NCBI GenBank assembly: GCA_964648435.1
Contig: CAZYLA010000001.1
Location: forward strand, 1 to 39,995
Direction: 5' to 3'
DNA: 39,995 nt
DNA from: an uncultured Candidatus Saccharibacteria bacterium
GTDB lineage: Bacteria; Patescibacteriota; Andersenbacteria; CAZYLA01
Part shown: positions 1 through 8,982 of the stretch, in pieces
How the letters are laid out: each line of letters begins with the position of its first letter
How positions within the stretch are numbered: position 1 is the first letter of the stretch
The notes under the pieces: model-generated
The model's input: only the letters and a program-made list of their open reading frames with translations
What the model was told of the DNA's origin: nothing
The model's database searches: none
Translations under genes and position numbers: made by a program

Positions 1-242
1 AAGATTAATATTCTAAAAATAATTAGCTTTAAAAATATAAGGCAAACTTAAAAAATATTCTTGGCGGGATTTAAAGAAGATTCAAAATAATCAATTTATT
101 AAAATTAAAGAAAGCGTTTTTAATTACGAGAAAGATTTACAGAAATTAGTAAAATGAAGGATTGACTTGGGTTTTGAGTTGGGGTTAGGATGAGAATAGT
201 TCTTTTTGAGATGCTTGTTTTAAGAAAAGGAGGATGTAAAAA

Positions 243-1262
243 ATGAAGGACTCAAGAAAAAAGCCGCAGGGGAGTTCGGAAGAAAGGACTTCAAAGAAGG
301 CGTCTTTGGGGCGTTTTTTGCCGTGGGTGATTATCTTAATCTTATTGGGAGTTTTGATAGGAAAAGTGGGGGAGAAAAGTAAACTTTCTGAGAAAGAGGC
401 AAGAATTGAAGTATTGGAAAAGCAGGTTCAGGAGCTGACAGACCGCCCTAAAGGAATAGCGCCGGTCACAGGGAAAGAAGCAAAACCGCCAACCACTGGG
501 CCTGAAGCTAAAGAGAGAGAGGAAGAACAAGGTGTTGCCGGGGCACAAAGAAGAGTGGAAAAAGTTAGATATGTTATTGACGGCGATACAATTGAGCTTG
601 AAAATGGCGAACGGGTGCGCTATCTGGGTATTAATACCCCGGAAAAAGGTCGGCCTTATTCGACTGAAGCAACTAATAAAAACAAGGACTTGGTTTTTGG
701 TCGGGAAGTGGCTTTGGAAACAGATGTTCAGGCAAGAGACCAGTATGGTCGGACTCTGGCTTATGTTTATGTTGGCGACAAAATGGTGAATCTGGAGTTA
801 GTGCGTCAGGGTTATGCAAATACTTACACCCTGTCGCCAAATGTTAAGTATCAGGACAAGTTTTTGGAAGCAGAAAGGGAAGCCCGAGAGGCGGGCCGCG
901 GTCTTTGGGCAAAAAGCGCTGTCTTGAAAGAAGGTTCTCTAAAGATTGTGAATATTAATGCGGATGCGCCTGGCAATGATAATCAGAATAAGAACGGTGA
1001 GTGGGTTGAAATTAAAAATACAGGGAAAGAAGCGCTTAATCTGAAAGGTTATACTCTCAAAGATGAGGCGAACCACTTTTATACTTTTCCTGATTTTACT
1101 CTTCTTCCTGGGAAAAGCGTTTTTATTTATTCTGGGAGCGGCGCTGACACGGACAGCTCTTTGTACTGGAATGCCCAGAAATACGCAATTTGGAATAACA
1201 GCGGCGACACGGCCTTTCTTCGGGACGCCAGCGGCAATTTAGTTGACAGTTACCGGTATTGA
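243..1262 (+). CDS. Membrane-anchored nuclease: staphylococcal-nuclease (SNase/thermonuclease) domain fused to a C-terminal lamin-tail-like domain
   Basis: N-terminal TM helix (FLPWVIILILLGVLIG). SNase-type motif VIDGDTIELENGERVRYLGINTPE ... GRTLAYVY ... LELVRQGYA. C-terminal part (VNINADAPGNDNQNKNGEWVEIKNTG...LKGYTLKD...IWNNSGDTAFLRD) matches the LTD pattern as I remember it. Confidence 0.75.
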   Translation: MKDSRKKPQGSSEERTSKKASLGRFLPWVIILILLGVLIGKVGEKSKLSEKEARIEVLEKQVQELTDRPKGIAPVTGKEAKPPTTGPEAKEREEEQGVAGAQRRVEKVRYVIDGDTIELENGERVRYLGINTPEKGRPYSTEATNKNKDLVFGREVALETDVQARDQYGRTLAYVYVGDKMVNLELVRQGYANTYTLSPNVKYQDKFLEAEREAREAGRGLWAKSAVLKEGSLKIVNINADAPGNDNQNKNGEWVEIKNTGKEALNLKGYTLKDEANHFYTFPDFTLLPGKSVFIYSGSGADTDSSLYWNAQKYAIWNNSGDTAFLRDASGNLVDSYRY

Positions 1263-1299
1263 ATTTGCCGTTGCCTAAAAAAGGGCTATGATTTGTAAA

Positions 1300-1343
1300 C
1301 CCCCACTTTAATTTTTGCAAAAACGCAAAAATTAAAGTGGGGG
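1300..1343 (+). terminator. Hairpin terminator after the nuclease gene
   Basis: 19-bp perfect stem CCCCCACTTTAATTTTTGC / GCAAAAATTAAAGTGGGGG with a 6-nt loop, 38 nt after the stop codon, followed by a T-rich run. Confidence 0.6.
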
Positions 1344-1466
1344 TGAATTTGTTTTTAGTTCTAGAACCTGCTATTATTAAGCCAGGATTTTTTATTTTAT
1401 TTATAGACAATACAAATGGCAAGATTTAAAGAAGGCGGGAAATAAAAAATAATTTTTTATATTTTA

Positions 1467-1498
1467 TTACGTAATTAGTTACGTAACAAATTACGTAA
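1467..1498. promoter_or_regulatory. Array of three palindromic TTACGTAA octamers in 12-bp phase (operator-like, function unknown)
   Basis: TTACGTAA at 1467-1474, 1479-1486 and 1491-1498. The same motif pair recurs at 2395-2414. Confidence 0.5.
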
Positions 1499-1524
1499 CT
1501 AATTAAAAAAGGGGGATTGAAAGA

Positions 1525-1570
1525 GCGCCCCATCCCCTCCCGCGAGTACTCGCGGGAGGGGATGGGGCGC
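1525..1570. repeat. 46-nt perfect GC-rich palindrome
   Basis: GCGCCCCATCCCCTCCCGCGAGT / ACTCGCGGGAGGGGATGGGGCGC is fully self-complementary. It lies in AT-rich surroundings between the TTACGTAA array and the next start codon. Confidence 0.9.
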
Positions 1571-1637
1571 CGCAGTTCAAAGCTTGCTTAGAATATTAAA
1601 ATGTGATATAATAAAATTAAGATATGAGACCAAAAAA

Positions 1638-1835
1638 ATGAGAAAAGATTTTTCTAAAATTTACGCCCAATATAAAGGGTTGTGGGTAGCCCTTGACAAA
1701 GACGGAAAGAAGGTATTATCTTCAGGAAAAAATGCCAAGATTGTCTTTAAAGAAGCAAAAAACAAAGGGATAAAAACACCCTTTTTACTGAAAGTGCCTC
1801 GAGAAATAATCGGTTATGTAGGTTCCAATATATGA
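1638..1835 (+). CDS. Small DUF5678-like protein (65 aa from ATG 1638; the ORF track starts at TTG 1584)
   Basis: YKGLWVALDKDGKKVLSSGKNAKIVFKEAKNKGIKTPFLLKVPRE fits the remembered DUF5678 pattern (y-G-k-W-V-A ... v-P). Its stop overlaps the next start (ATGA at 1832-1835). Confidence 0.5.
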   Translation: MRKDFSKIYAQYKGLWVALDKDGKKVLSSGKNAKIVFKEAKNKGIKTPFLLKVPREIIGYVGSNI

Positions 1836-2260
1836 AATTTCCTTATGAGAAAGTTACTTTAAAAAAGCTGGTCTTCCCGCAGGGGAAGACCATTTTTCGG
1901 CCGATTTTGCCAATTAAAATTGAGTATCATCAAAGAGAAATTGGCTATTTTACCATGGTTGATTCAGGGGCCGACTTTTGCATTTTTCATGCAATAATAG
2001 GCGAGATTTTAGGTATTCCTGTGAAAAAAGGAATGAAAGCTGAATTTGGAGGAATTACTGGCGGAAAATCACTTGCTTATTTTCATAAGGTCAAAATTTT
2101 CGTGGGCGGCTGGCCTTACGAGACAATGGCCAGTTTCTCTTATAACATACCTCCAAATGGCATTGGTGTCTTGGGCCAATTTGGATTTTTTGATAAATTT
2201 GTTGTAAAATTTGATTTTCAAAAGAAAATTTTTGAACTAAAACCAAAAAATAAGGCGTGA
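1832..2260 (+). CDS. Retropepsin-like (clan AA) aspartic protease
   Basis: Catalytic-type motif MVDSGADFCIF (D-S-G-A). Size of 142 aa fits. Translationally coupled to the upstream small gene. Confidence 0.6.
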   Translation: MKFPYEKVTLKKLVFPQGKTIFRPILPIKIEYHQREIGYFTMVDSGADFCIFHAIIGEILGIPVKKGMKAEFGGITGGKSLAYFHKVKIFVGGWPYETMASFSYNIPPNGIGVLGQFGFFDKFVVKFDFQKKIFELKPKNKA

Positions 2261-2394
2261 AACTTAATTATTTGGTGATTCCGCTTATTTTATTTAAAAA
2301 ATAATAATCTATTTTTTTTATTACATACCTTGCCCTGTTAAATGGCCTGTTTGGGCCAATTTCAGAAAATTCTGAAATTATTTAACAGGGTATG

Positions 2395-2414
2395 TTACGT
2401 AACAAGTTACGTAA
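2395..2414. promoter_or_regulatory. Second TTACGTAA array (two copies, 12-bp phase)
   Basis: TTACGTAA at 2395-2402 and 2407-2414. GTTACGTAACAAGTTACGTAA matches units 2-3 of the first array with one mismatch. Confidence 0.5.
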
Positions 2415-2444
2415 TAATATAGATATTTAAAAAAGCGGCGGCTC

Positions 2445-2467
2445 GGAGAGCCGCCGCTTTTGTTTTT
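2445..2467. terminator. Bidirectional hairpin terminator (thrS / protease cassette)
   Basis: GCGGCGGCT-CGGAG-AGCCGCCGC flanked by an A-run and a T-run, between convergent genes. Confidence 0.7.
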
Positions 2468-2476
2468 TTAATTTGG

Positions 2477-4207
2477 CTATTTTTTCTCTTTAATTTCCTT
2501 CTTCGCCCGGCCAATGAAGTATTTTAAGGTTTTTGGGCCAAGGTCGCCTTTTTCTCTCGTGCGGAGGGCGACTTTTTTTTCTTTTTTCTCACGGTCGCCA
2601 ACAACAAGCATATAAGGGATTTTTTCTTTTTCCGCTTTTCTGATTTTGTAATTTACAGATTCTGCTTCTCCGTCGATTTCAACGCGGAGGCCGTTTTCTT
2701 TTAAATCCTCGGCAACTTTGCGGGCGTAGGTAAGATGTTTTTTATCGGAAACAGGAATTATTTTTGCTTGGACCGGCGAGAGCCAGAGAGGCAGAGCGCC
2801 TCCATAATGCTCCAAGAGGACTCCGATAAATCTTTCAAAGCTTCCTAAAATTGTTCGGTGAATCATAATTGGTGTGTGCTTTTTGCCGTCAGCGCCGATA
2901 TATTCAAGTCCAAAGCGCTCGGGAATATTAAAGTCAAGCTGAATCGTGGTGCATTGCCATTCCCGACCCAAACTGTCTTTTATTTTAATATCAATTGAAG
3001 GACCATAGAATTTTGCCTCGCCTCTGTCAAGCCGAAATTCCATTTTTTCTTTTTTAAGCGCTTTTGCAAGAACTTTTTCTGACTTTTTCCAAATTTTTTC
3101 GTCTCCCAAGTACTTATCTTTGTGGGCTTCATCGCGGACGCTTATTGTGACAACATAATCTTTAAACCCAAAAGTGCCAAGAACTTCTTTAGAAAGACGG
3201 ATAACCTCAATAATTTCATCCTCAACTTGATCTTCAGTGCAGTAAATATGAGCATCATCTTGAGTGAAAGCGCGAACCCGGAAAAGTCCGGTCAAGACGC
3301 CAGAAAGCTCATGCCGATGGACAAGCCCAAGCTCCGCAATCCTAAGGGGGAATTCGCGGTAAGAGTGAATCCTTTCTTTATAATAAAGCGCGCCGCCAGA
3401 ACAGTTCATTGGTTTAATTCCAAAATCCTCGTTGTCAATTTTAGTAATATACATATTGTCTTTGTAAAGTTTCCAGTGGCCAGATTGCTCCCAAAGATTT
3501 TTGTTAAGAAGAAGGGGGGTGGAGATTTCCCTGTAGCCCTCCCTTGTGTGAACTTCCCGCCAATACTTTTTGATTTCCTCAAGGATGGCGAGTCCTTTAG
3601 GGTGCCAAAAGGGAAAACCCGGGCCTTCTTCATGGAAAGAGAAGAGACCAAGCTCTTTGCCGATTTTGCGATGGTCGCGCTTTTTTGCCTCAGCCATCAT
3701 TACAAGGTGTTTTTGAAGCGCTTTTTGGCTTTCAAAAGCAGTTCCGTAAATCCGCTGGAGCATCGGATTTCTTTCATTGCCCCGCCAGTAAGCTCCTGCA
3801 AGGTGAGTGAGTTTAAATGCTTTGATTTCGCGCGTATTTTTAATATGCGGGCCCTTGCAGAGGTCAACAAAATCGCCTGTTTCATAAATCGTTGGTTTTT
3901 CTTCAAGTTCTTTTATAAGTTCAAGCTTGTAGGGCTGCTTAGAAAAAAGTTTTAAAGCAGTGCCTTTAGAAATTATTTTCTTTTTAAACACCAAATTTTT
4001 GGCGATTATTTTTGCCATTTTCTTCTCAAGTTCGACGAGGTCAGCCGGCGTCAGAGTTCGGGGCAAGTCAAAATCATAATAAAACCCGTTTTCAATTACG
4101 GGTCCAATTCCAAGCTTAGCATTCGGAAACATTTCCAAAACCGCCATTGCAAGGACGTGGGAAGCGGAGTGGCGGATTTTTTCAAGATTGTTGTTTTGTT
4201 TGGACAT
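2477..4207 (-). CDS. thrS: Threonine--tRNA ligase lacking the N-terminal TGS domain
   Basis: 576 aa. Starts directly in the editing-type domain (HSASHVLA, CKGPH), followed by a class II catalytic core and a C-terminal anticodon-binding domain (YMLVVGDRE). Confidence 0.93.
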   Translation of the reverse strand: MSKQNNNLEKIRHSASHVLAMAVLEMFPNAKLGIGPVIENGFYYDFDLPRTLTPADLVELEKKMAKIIAKNLVFKKKIISKGTALKLFSKQPYKLELIKELEEKPTIYETGDFVDLCKGPHIKNTREIKAFKLTHLAGAYWRGNERNPMLQRIYGTAFESQKALQKHLVMMAEAKKRDHRKIGKELGLFSFHEEGPGFPFWHPKGLAILEEIKKYWREVHTREGYREISTPLLLNKNLWEQSGHWKLYKDNMYITKIDNEDFGIKPMNCSGGALYYKERIHSYREFPLRIAELGLVHRHELSGVLTGLFRVRAFTQDDAHIYCTEDQVEDEIIEVIRLSKEVLGTFGFKDYVVTISVRDEAHKDKYLGDEKIWKKSEKVLAKALKKEKMEFRLDRGEAKFYGPSIDIKIKDSLGREWQCTTIQLDFNIPERFGLEYIGADGKKHTPIMIHRTILGSFERFIGVLLEHYGGALPLWLSPVQAKIIPVSDKKHLTYARKVAEDLKENGLRVEIDGEAESVNYKIRKAEKEKIPYMLVVGDREKKEKKVALRTREKGDLGPKTLKYFIGRAKKEIKEKK

Positions 4208-4312
4208 AGTAATTTAAATTTAAGCGTTTGGCTTGACAATCAGCATGACGGTCTTTAGACCGTTATTTTATAGCAAACTAAAGTTTGTCAGGCCACCTCG
4301 GTTTGCCGTTTA

Positions 4313-5458
4313 CTATTTTCCAACTTGTATTGTGATATTATTTTTAAACGAGGGCACTGTTTTTACCCAAAAAGGCCAGAATTCAACTCTGACATCTTTA
4401 ATGCCGCTCATTGTGCTAAAATAGTTTTTAACCTCTTCTTCATTTAGGCCAACGAGGCGCGACTTGTCAAAGGCCTTGGCGCTGATCTTGTAGGCAATCT
4501 CGCCTTCAGTGTGGACCCGAATTTCGGCTTTGCCATCAGCAAGATAAATATTTTTAATTTCTTTTGTTAAAGCTTCTTCTCGGGCTTTTATAAATTCGCG
4601 ATTTTCCGGGACATTTTGCGAAAGTTTAAGCTCGCCCAAGTCAAAGAGAGCTTTTGAATTAATAATAAAGGCAGAAAATTTGACCTTTGTTTCGATTTCA
4701 AATTCGCTTGCTTCGGTGCCCGGCTCGACACTTTTCTTTTCTTCTAAAATTTCTTTATGAATGGGCTCGCTTGCAATTTCTTCCCCTTCGGAAAGTCCTT
4801 CTAAAATTTCATTTTTAAATTTTTCCTCAAGTTCGTTTTGAAGTTCTGAAAAAGCATTTCTAATATCTTCTTCAGTCACAATTTGAACTTCCCGAAAACC
4901 GCCAGTCATTGGTGCGGTACTTTCAGCATAAACCAACTTTTGCAGAGAAGGGGAGAGCCGGTCAATTGCAAAACGGCTTGGGGGAATATTTCCCTGCTCA
5001 CCGGGCTCTTCAGCAGTGACTGTGACTTCAATCGAGCCCTTTGCCGGGATAACCGCTCTTTCGTCAGTTAGGAAATAAACCCCGCCTTCTGAAAGAAGAT
5101 GACTTTTTGCAACCAAAGACTGACTTTTTGCTTGATTATTGTAAAGAGTAACTTTGCCTTTGGCAAATTCCGGAATCTTTTTAGTGCTGACGCTCTCAAT
5201 TTTTTTCTTTCCTGTAATTTCTTTTGTTAAGATTTCGCCGGGAAGAATATTGTGTTCAAAATCAACACCGCCAGCATTTTTGTCAATAATAACTGTAAAA
5301 TCAACCATTTTTGTTTCTGTTTTGGGGATAAGGGTAATGCGGGCTTTTGAGAAAGTAAAATAAACAACAACGCCAATAACAGAAATTGCCAAAATTATAA
5401 AAATGGCAATCCCGCGGCGATAACTTCTTTTAGGAGAAACTGTGCCTAAGTGAATCAT
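4313..5458 (-). CDS. Hypothetical single-pass membrane protein
   Basis: Long ORF with one N-terminal TM helix (IAIFIILAISVIGVVVYFTF). No family recognised with certainty. Confidence 0.5.
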   Translation of the reverse strand: MIHLGTVSPKRSYRRGIAIFIILAISVIGVVVYFTFSKARITLIPKTETKMVDFTVIIDKNAGGVDFEHNILPGEILTKEITGKKKIESVSTKKIPEFAKGKVTLYNNQAKSQSLVAKSHLLSEGGVYFLTDERAVIPAKGSIEVTVTAEEPGEQGNIPPSRFAIDRLSPSLQKLVYAESTAPMTGGFREVQIVTEEDIRNAFSELQNELEEKFKNEILEGLSEGEEIASEPIHKEILEEKKSVEPGTEASEFEIETKVKFSAFIINSKALFDLGELKLSQNVPENREFIKAREEALTKEIKNIYLADGKAEIRVHTEGEIAYKISAKAFDKSRLVGLNEEEVKNYFSTMSGIKDVRVEFWPFWVKTVPSFKNNITIQVGK

Positions 5459-5514
5459 AGATACAATTGAAAATTAGCTTAAGTGTATATTTTAGTATAA
5501 CTCTTTTTCTTGGG

Positions 5515-8500
5515 TTATGCAACTATCACTTCTTTGCCAAGCAATTTTTTTATTTCTTTTTTAAAGAGCGGGGTAATTTTAACTTTAAAGGAAGTTTTTA
5601 TTTTTTTCTCTTTTCCGGGTATTTTGAGAAAAACTTCGGCTTTGCCTGGAGAGTTTTTTTCTAAAATTTCTTTAAGTTTAAAGAAAACCTCTTTTTTTAA
5701 AGTTGCAGGCACAGGGATAGTTACTTTTGGGGTTTTCTTTACCTCCGCTTCCAGAGCGACAAGAGACGGCAGTTCTTCAACTTTATCACAGAGAATTTTA
5801 GGGGTGCCGTCTTTGTCGCTAACGCGGCCGGTAATTATCACCTTTTTCTCTTCCTGAAAAATTTCGTATTTTCTTTCTAAAACATTTGGGAAGACGAGTG
5901 CTTCAATGCTGCCGCTTGGGTCTTCAATTTGAACAAAAAGCATGGGTTTGTTGCTTCGCGTAATGATTTTTTTGATCTTATTAATAATTCCAGCAACTGT
6001 AACTATTTGATTGCTTTGAGAGGTGTTGATTTTTATAAGGGGCATTGCTTTATCAGCTAGATATTCTTCATATTCAGAAAGCGGGTGTTCAGTGACATAA
6101 AGTCCGAGAAGCTCTTTTTCCCAAGAAAGTTTTTGTTCTCTTGTTGCCTCGGCTGCACTTTGAAGTTTTAAAGTTGGCCCAGAATCAAGTCCTTTTTCAC
6201 TAAAGAGGTCTTTTTGAGATGCTGACTTTTTCTTGGAAAAGCACTTGTTAAAGGCAAGGATTTCATCCATATTTTCTAAGATGCAGTTTCTTTCCTCGAG
6301 AGAATCAAAAGCGCCGCATTTTGCTAATGACTCAACACTTTTTTTGTTAAGAATCATCATGGGCCTTTGATTTTCTGTTCCCATTACCGCTTCTTTAGTT
6401 TGAATTCTTTCCAAGAAGTTTGCCAGAGATGTGAATGTCCCATTTTTCTTTCTTTCTTCAATAATTGCCCGAGTAACATCGCGGCCGACATTTTTAATCG
6501 CGTTTAAGCCAAAGCGGATTGCCTTACCATCGTCTCTCTCCACAATCGTGAAATTTTCAAAACTTTCATTGACGTCTGGTGGCAATATGGGTATACCTCT
6601 CTTTTCACACTCCGCAACCTCAACGGCAATGCGGTCAATATCATTTTGATCTGAAGTTAAAAGTGCGGCCATGAATTCTTCTTTAAAATTAGCTTTCAGG
6701 TAAGCGGTCTGATAAGCAATCATTGCATAGCAAGTTGCATGCGCCTTGTTAAAGCCATAACTTGCAAAGGGCTCAATAAAAGAAAATACTTTTTCGGCGA
6801 TTTCCTTTCTGATGCCGTTTTTCACTGCGCCGTCAATAAACTTTTCTTTTTGTTCTTCAAGAAGAGAACGGATTTTTTTGCCAACTGCCTTTCTAAGAAT
6901 ATCCGCCTCTCCAAGAGTAAAGCCGGCCAGCTCGCGAGCAATTTGTAAAATCTGTTCTTGATAAACCGCGATCCCATATGTTTTTTCTAGAATCGGTTTT
7001 AATTTTGGGTGAAGATAAGTTGGCTTTTTAAAACCGTGCTTTCCTGCAATGTAATCAGGAATAAGCTTCATTGGCCCGGGTCGATAAAGCGCAATCATCG
7101 CGATAATATCTTCCAGATTAGTCGGCTTAAGTTGTCGAAGGTATCTTCGCATCCCGCTTGACTCAAGCTGAAAAACACCGGTGGTCTGGGCTTTTTGGAG
7201 AAGTTCAAAAGTTTTTTTATCGTTTAAGGGAATATTATTAATGTCAATTTTAATCCCGCGAGTTTTTTCGACAATTTTAATTGTGTTTTCAATGATCGTT
7301 AAGTTTTTTAGGCCAAGAAGGTCTATTTTAAGAAGACCCAGATCTTCTATCGAGTTAAGAGAGTATTGAGTGACGATTGTTTCATCATCTTGGGAAGGGT
7401 GTTGCCGGGGCACATATTTATTAATTTTGTTTTTGGTAATTACTACGCCGCAAGCATGGGTTGAGGCGTGCCGGGCGACACCTTCAAGCTTTCTTGCCAT
7501 ATCGATTAATCTTTTTACCTGTGGGTCTTCTTTGTACGCTTTTGCAAGGTCAGAACTTTCTAGAAGGGCGTTTTCAAGTGACGAGAAAAAAGGTACCATT
7601 TTAGCAACTTTATCGCAGAAAGCATAGGGAAGTCCGAGAGCCCGGCCAGTATCCCGGACTGCCGCTCTGGCAGCCATTGTCCCAAAGGTAATTATTTGAG
7701 CAACGTGGTCATGGCCATATTTTTCGGCAATATATTTAATGACTTCATTGCGCCGGACATCAGTAAAATCAAGGTCAATATCCGGCATGCTAATTCTTTC
7801 AGGGTTTAGAAAGCGTTCAAAAATAAGGCCGTATTTTAGAGGGTCAACATTGGTGATGTTTAAAACATAAGAAACCAAACTGCCCGCAGCAGAGCCTCGG
7901 CCCGGACCAACAACAATTTTATTTTCTTTAGCAAAGTTAACAAAATCCTGGACAATTAAGAAATAGGAGGCAAACCCGGTTTTTTTAATTACTGAAAGTT
8001 CAAGATTAAGACGTTTAATAATTTCAGGCGTGATTTTTTCTTTAGGATAGCGGGCGTTTAAGCCCTTAAAGCAGAGTTTTTTAAGATAGGAATGAGGGGT
8101 TTCTCCTTTTGGCACTTCAAAATGGGGGAGTTCGATTTTACCAAGCTCAATTTCCAAATTACACATCTTGGCAATGCGGACTGTATTTTCAATTGCTTCA
8201 GGGACATCTTTAAAAGCTTGAGTCATTTCTTCTTGCGAACGAAAACTTAAATCCGTACCTTCGTAACTTAAACGATTCTTGTCTTGAAGCGTGTTGCCAG
8301 TCTGGACACACAAGAGAATTTCTTGGGCTTGAGAGTCCTCTTTGTTTAAATAATGAATATCGTTGGTCGCCACCAGAGGGATACCATATTTTTTAGAAAT
8401 TTTTTTAAGACCTTCGTTTACAGTTTTTTGCTCTGGGACATTAGGATGGTGCTGGAGTTCTAGATAAAAATTTCCCTCCCCAAAAAGTTTATTATAAAAA

Positions 8501-8982
8501 AGGGCTTTGCGAGCTGCTTTTTCAAAGTTCCCTTTAAGGATTTCTTCTGCAATATAGCCATGGAGACAAGCAGAGAGTCCGATGAGACCTTTTGAGTGTT
8601 CTTTTAAAACTTTGTCATCGATTCTGGGTTTGTAATAAAATCCTTGAAGCCAGGAAATAGTAACAAGATCAATTAAATTTTGATAGCCTTCCTTATTTTT
8701 TGCAAGTAAGACAAGATGGTTAGGCTTATCATCAATCTTTGTTCTTTTTAAGTCGATGCTTTCCCGGGCAACATAGGCCTCAACTCCAATAATTGGTTTA
8801 ACCCCTGCTTTCTTTGCTTTTTGATAAAATTCAATTGCTCCGTACATAACGCCGTGGTCTGTGATTGCCAAAGCATCCATTCCAAAACTGGCAGCTTTTT
8901 CAACTAAAGCATCAATTTTTGGCAGGCCATCAAGCAGGCTGTAGTGTGAATGCGTGTGAAGATGGACAAAATTATTTTTCAT
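5515..8982 (-). CDS. dnaE: DNA polymerase III alpha subunit
   Basis: 1155 aa. PHP domain start FVHLHTHSHYSLLDG, polymerase core, and a C-terminal OB-fold region. Confidence 0.95.
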   Translation of the reverse strand: MKNNFVHLHTHSHYSLLDGLPKIDALVEKAASFGMDALAITDHGVMYGAIEFYQKAKKAGVKPIIGVEAYVARESIDLKRTKIDDKPNHLVLLAKNKEGYQNLIDLVTISWLQGFYYKPRIDDKVLKEHSKGLIGLSACLHGYIAEEILKGNFEKAARKALFYNKLFGEGNFYLELQHHPNVPEQKTVNEGLKKISKKYGIPLVATNDIHYLNKEDSQAQEILLCVQTGNTLQDKNRLSYEGTDLSFRSQEEMTQAFKDVPEAIENTVRIAKMCNLEIELGKIELPHFEVPKGETPHSYLKKLCFKGLNARYPKEKITPEIIKRLNLELSVIKKTGFASYFLIVQDFVNFAKENKIVVGPGRGSAAGSLVSYVLNITNVDPLKYGLIFERFLNPERISMPDIDLDFTDVRRNEVIKYIAEKYGHDHVAQIITFGTMAARAAVRDTGRALGLPYAFCDKVAKMVPFFSSLENALLESSDLAKAYKEDPQVKRLIDMARKLEGVARHASTHACGVVITKNKINKYVPRQHPSQDDETIVTQYSLNSIEDLGLLKIDLLGLKNLTIIENTIKIVEKTRGIKIDINNIPLNDKKTFELLQKAQTTGVFQLESSGMRRYLRQLKPTNLEDIIAMIALYRPGPMKLIPDYIAGKHGFKKPTYLHPKLKPILEKTYGIAVYQEQILQIARELAGFTLGEADILRKAVGKKIRSLLEEQKEKFIDGAVKNGIRKEIAEKVFSFIEPFASYGFNKAHATCYAMIAYQTAYLKANFKEEFMAALLTSDQNDIDRIAVEVAECEKRGIPILPPDVNESFENFTIVERDDGKAIRFGLNAIKNVGRDVTRAIIEERKKNGTFTSLANFLERIQTKEAVMGTENQRPMMILNKKSVESLAKCGAFDSLEERNCILENMDEILAFNKCFSKKKSASQKDLFSEKGLDSGPTLKLQSAAEATREQKLSWEKELLGLYVTEHPLSEYEEYLADKAMPLIKINTSQSNQIVTVAGIINKIKKIITRSNKPMLFVQIEDPSGSIEALVFPNVLERKYEIFQEEKKVIITGRVSDKDGTPKILCDKVEELPSLVALEAEVKKTPKVTIPVPATLKKEVFFKLKEILEKNSPGKAEVFLKIPGKEKKIKTSFKVKITPLFKKEIKKLLGKEVIVA

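Noticed and set aside
3122-3955. 277-aa plus-strand ORF, plus the smaller ORFs at 3406-3651 and 3700-3906, inside thrS
   Set aside because: They are antisense to, or out of frame with, a clearly conserved ThrRS reading frame. Their composition is low-complexity and Phe/Lys-rich, typical of shadow frames in AT-rich DNA.
4208-4312. T-box leader upstream of thrS
   Set aside because: The spacer is only about 105 nt. I see no specifier-loop/T-box sequence (AANNNGGTGNTACCGCG-like) and no terminator/antiterminator pair.
5467-5857. ORFs 5467-5664 and 5510-5857 at the 3' end of dnaE, and other plus-strand ORFs inside dnaE (6431-7627)
   Set aside because: These are shadow ORFs opposite the DnaE frame. 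They have no SD and no recognisable motifs.
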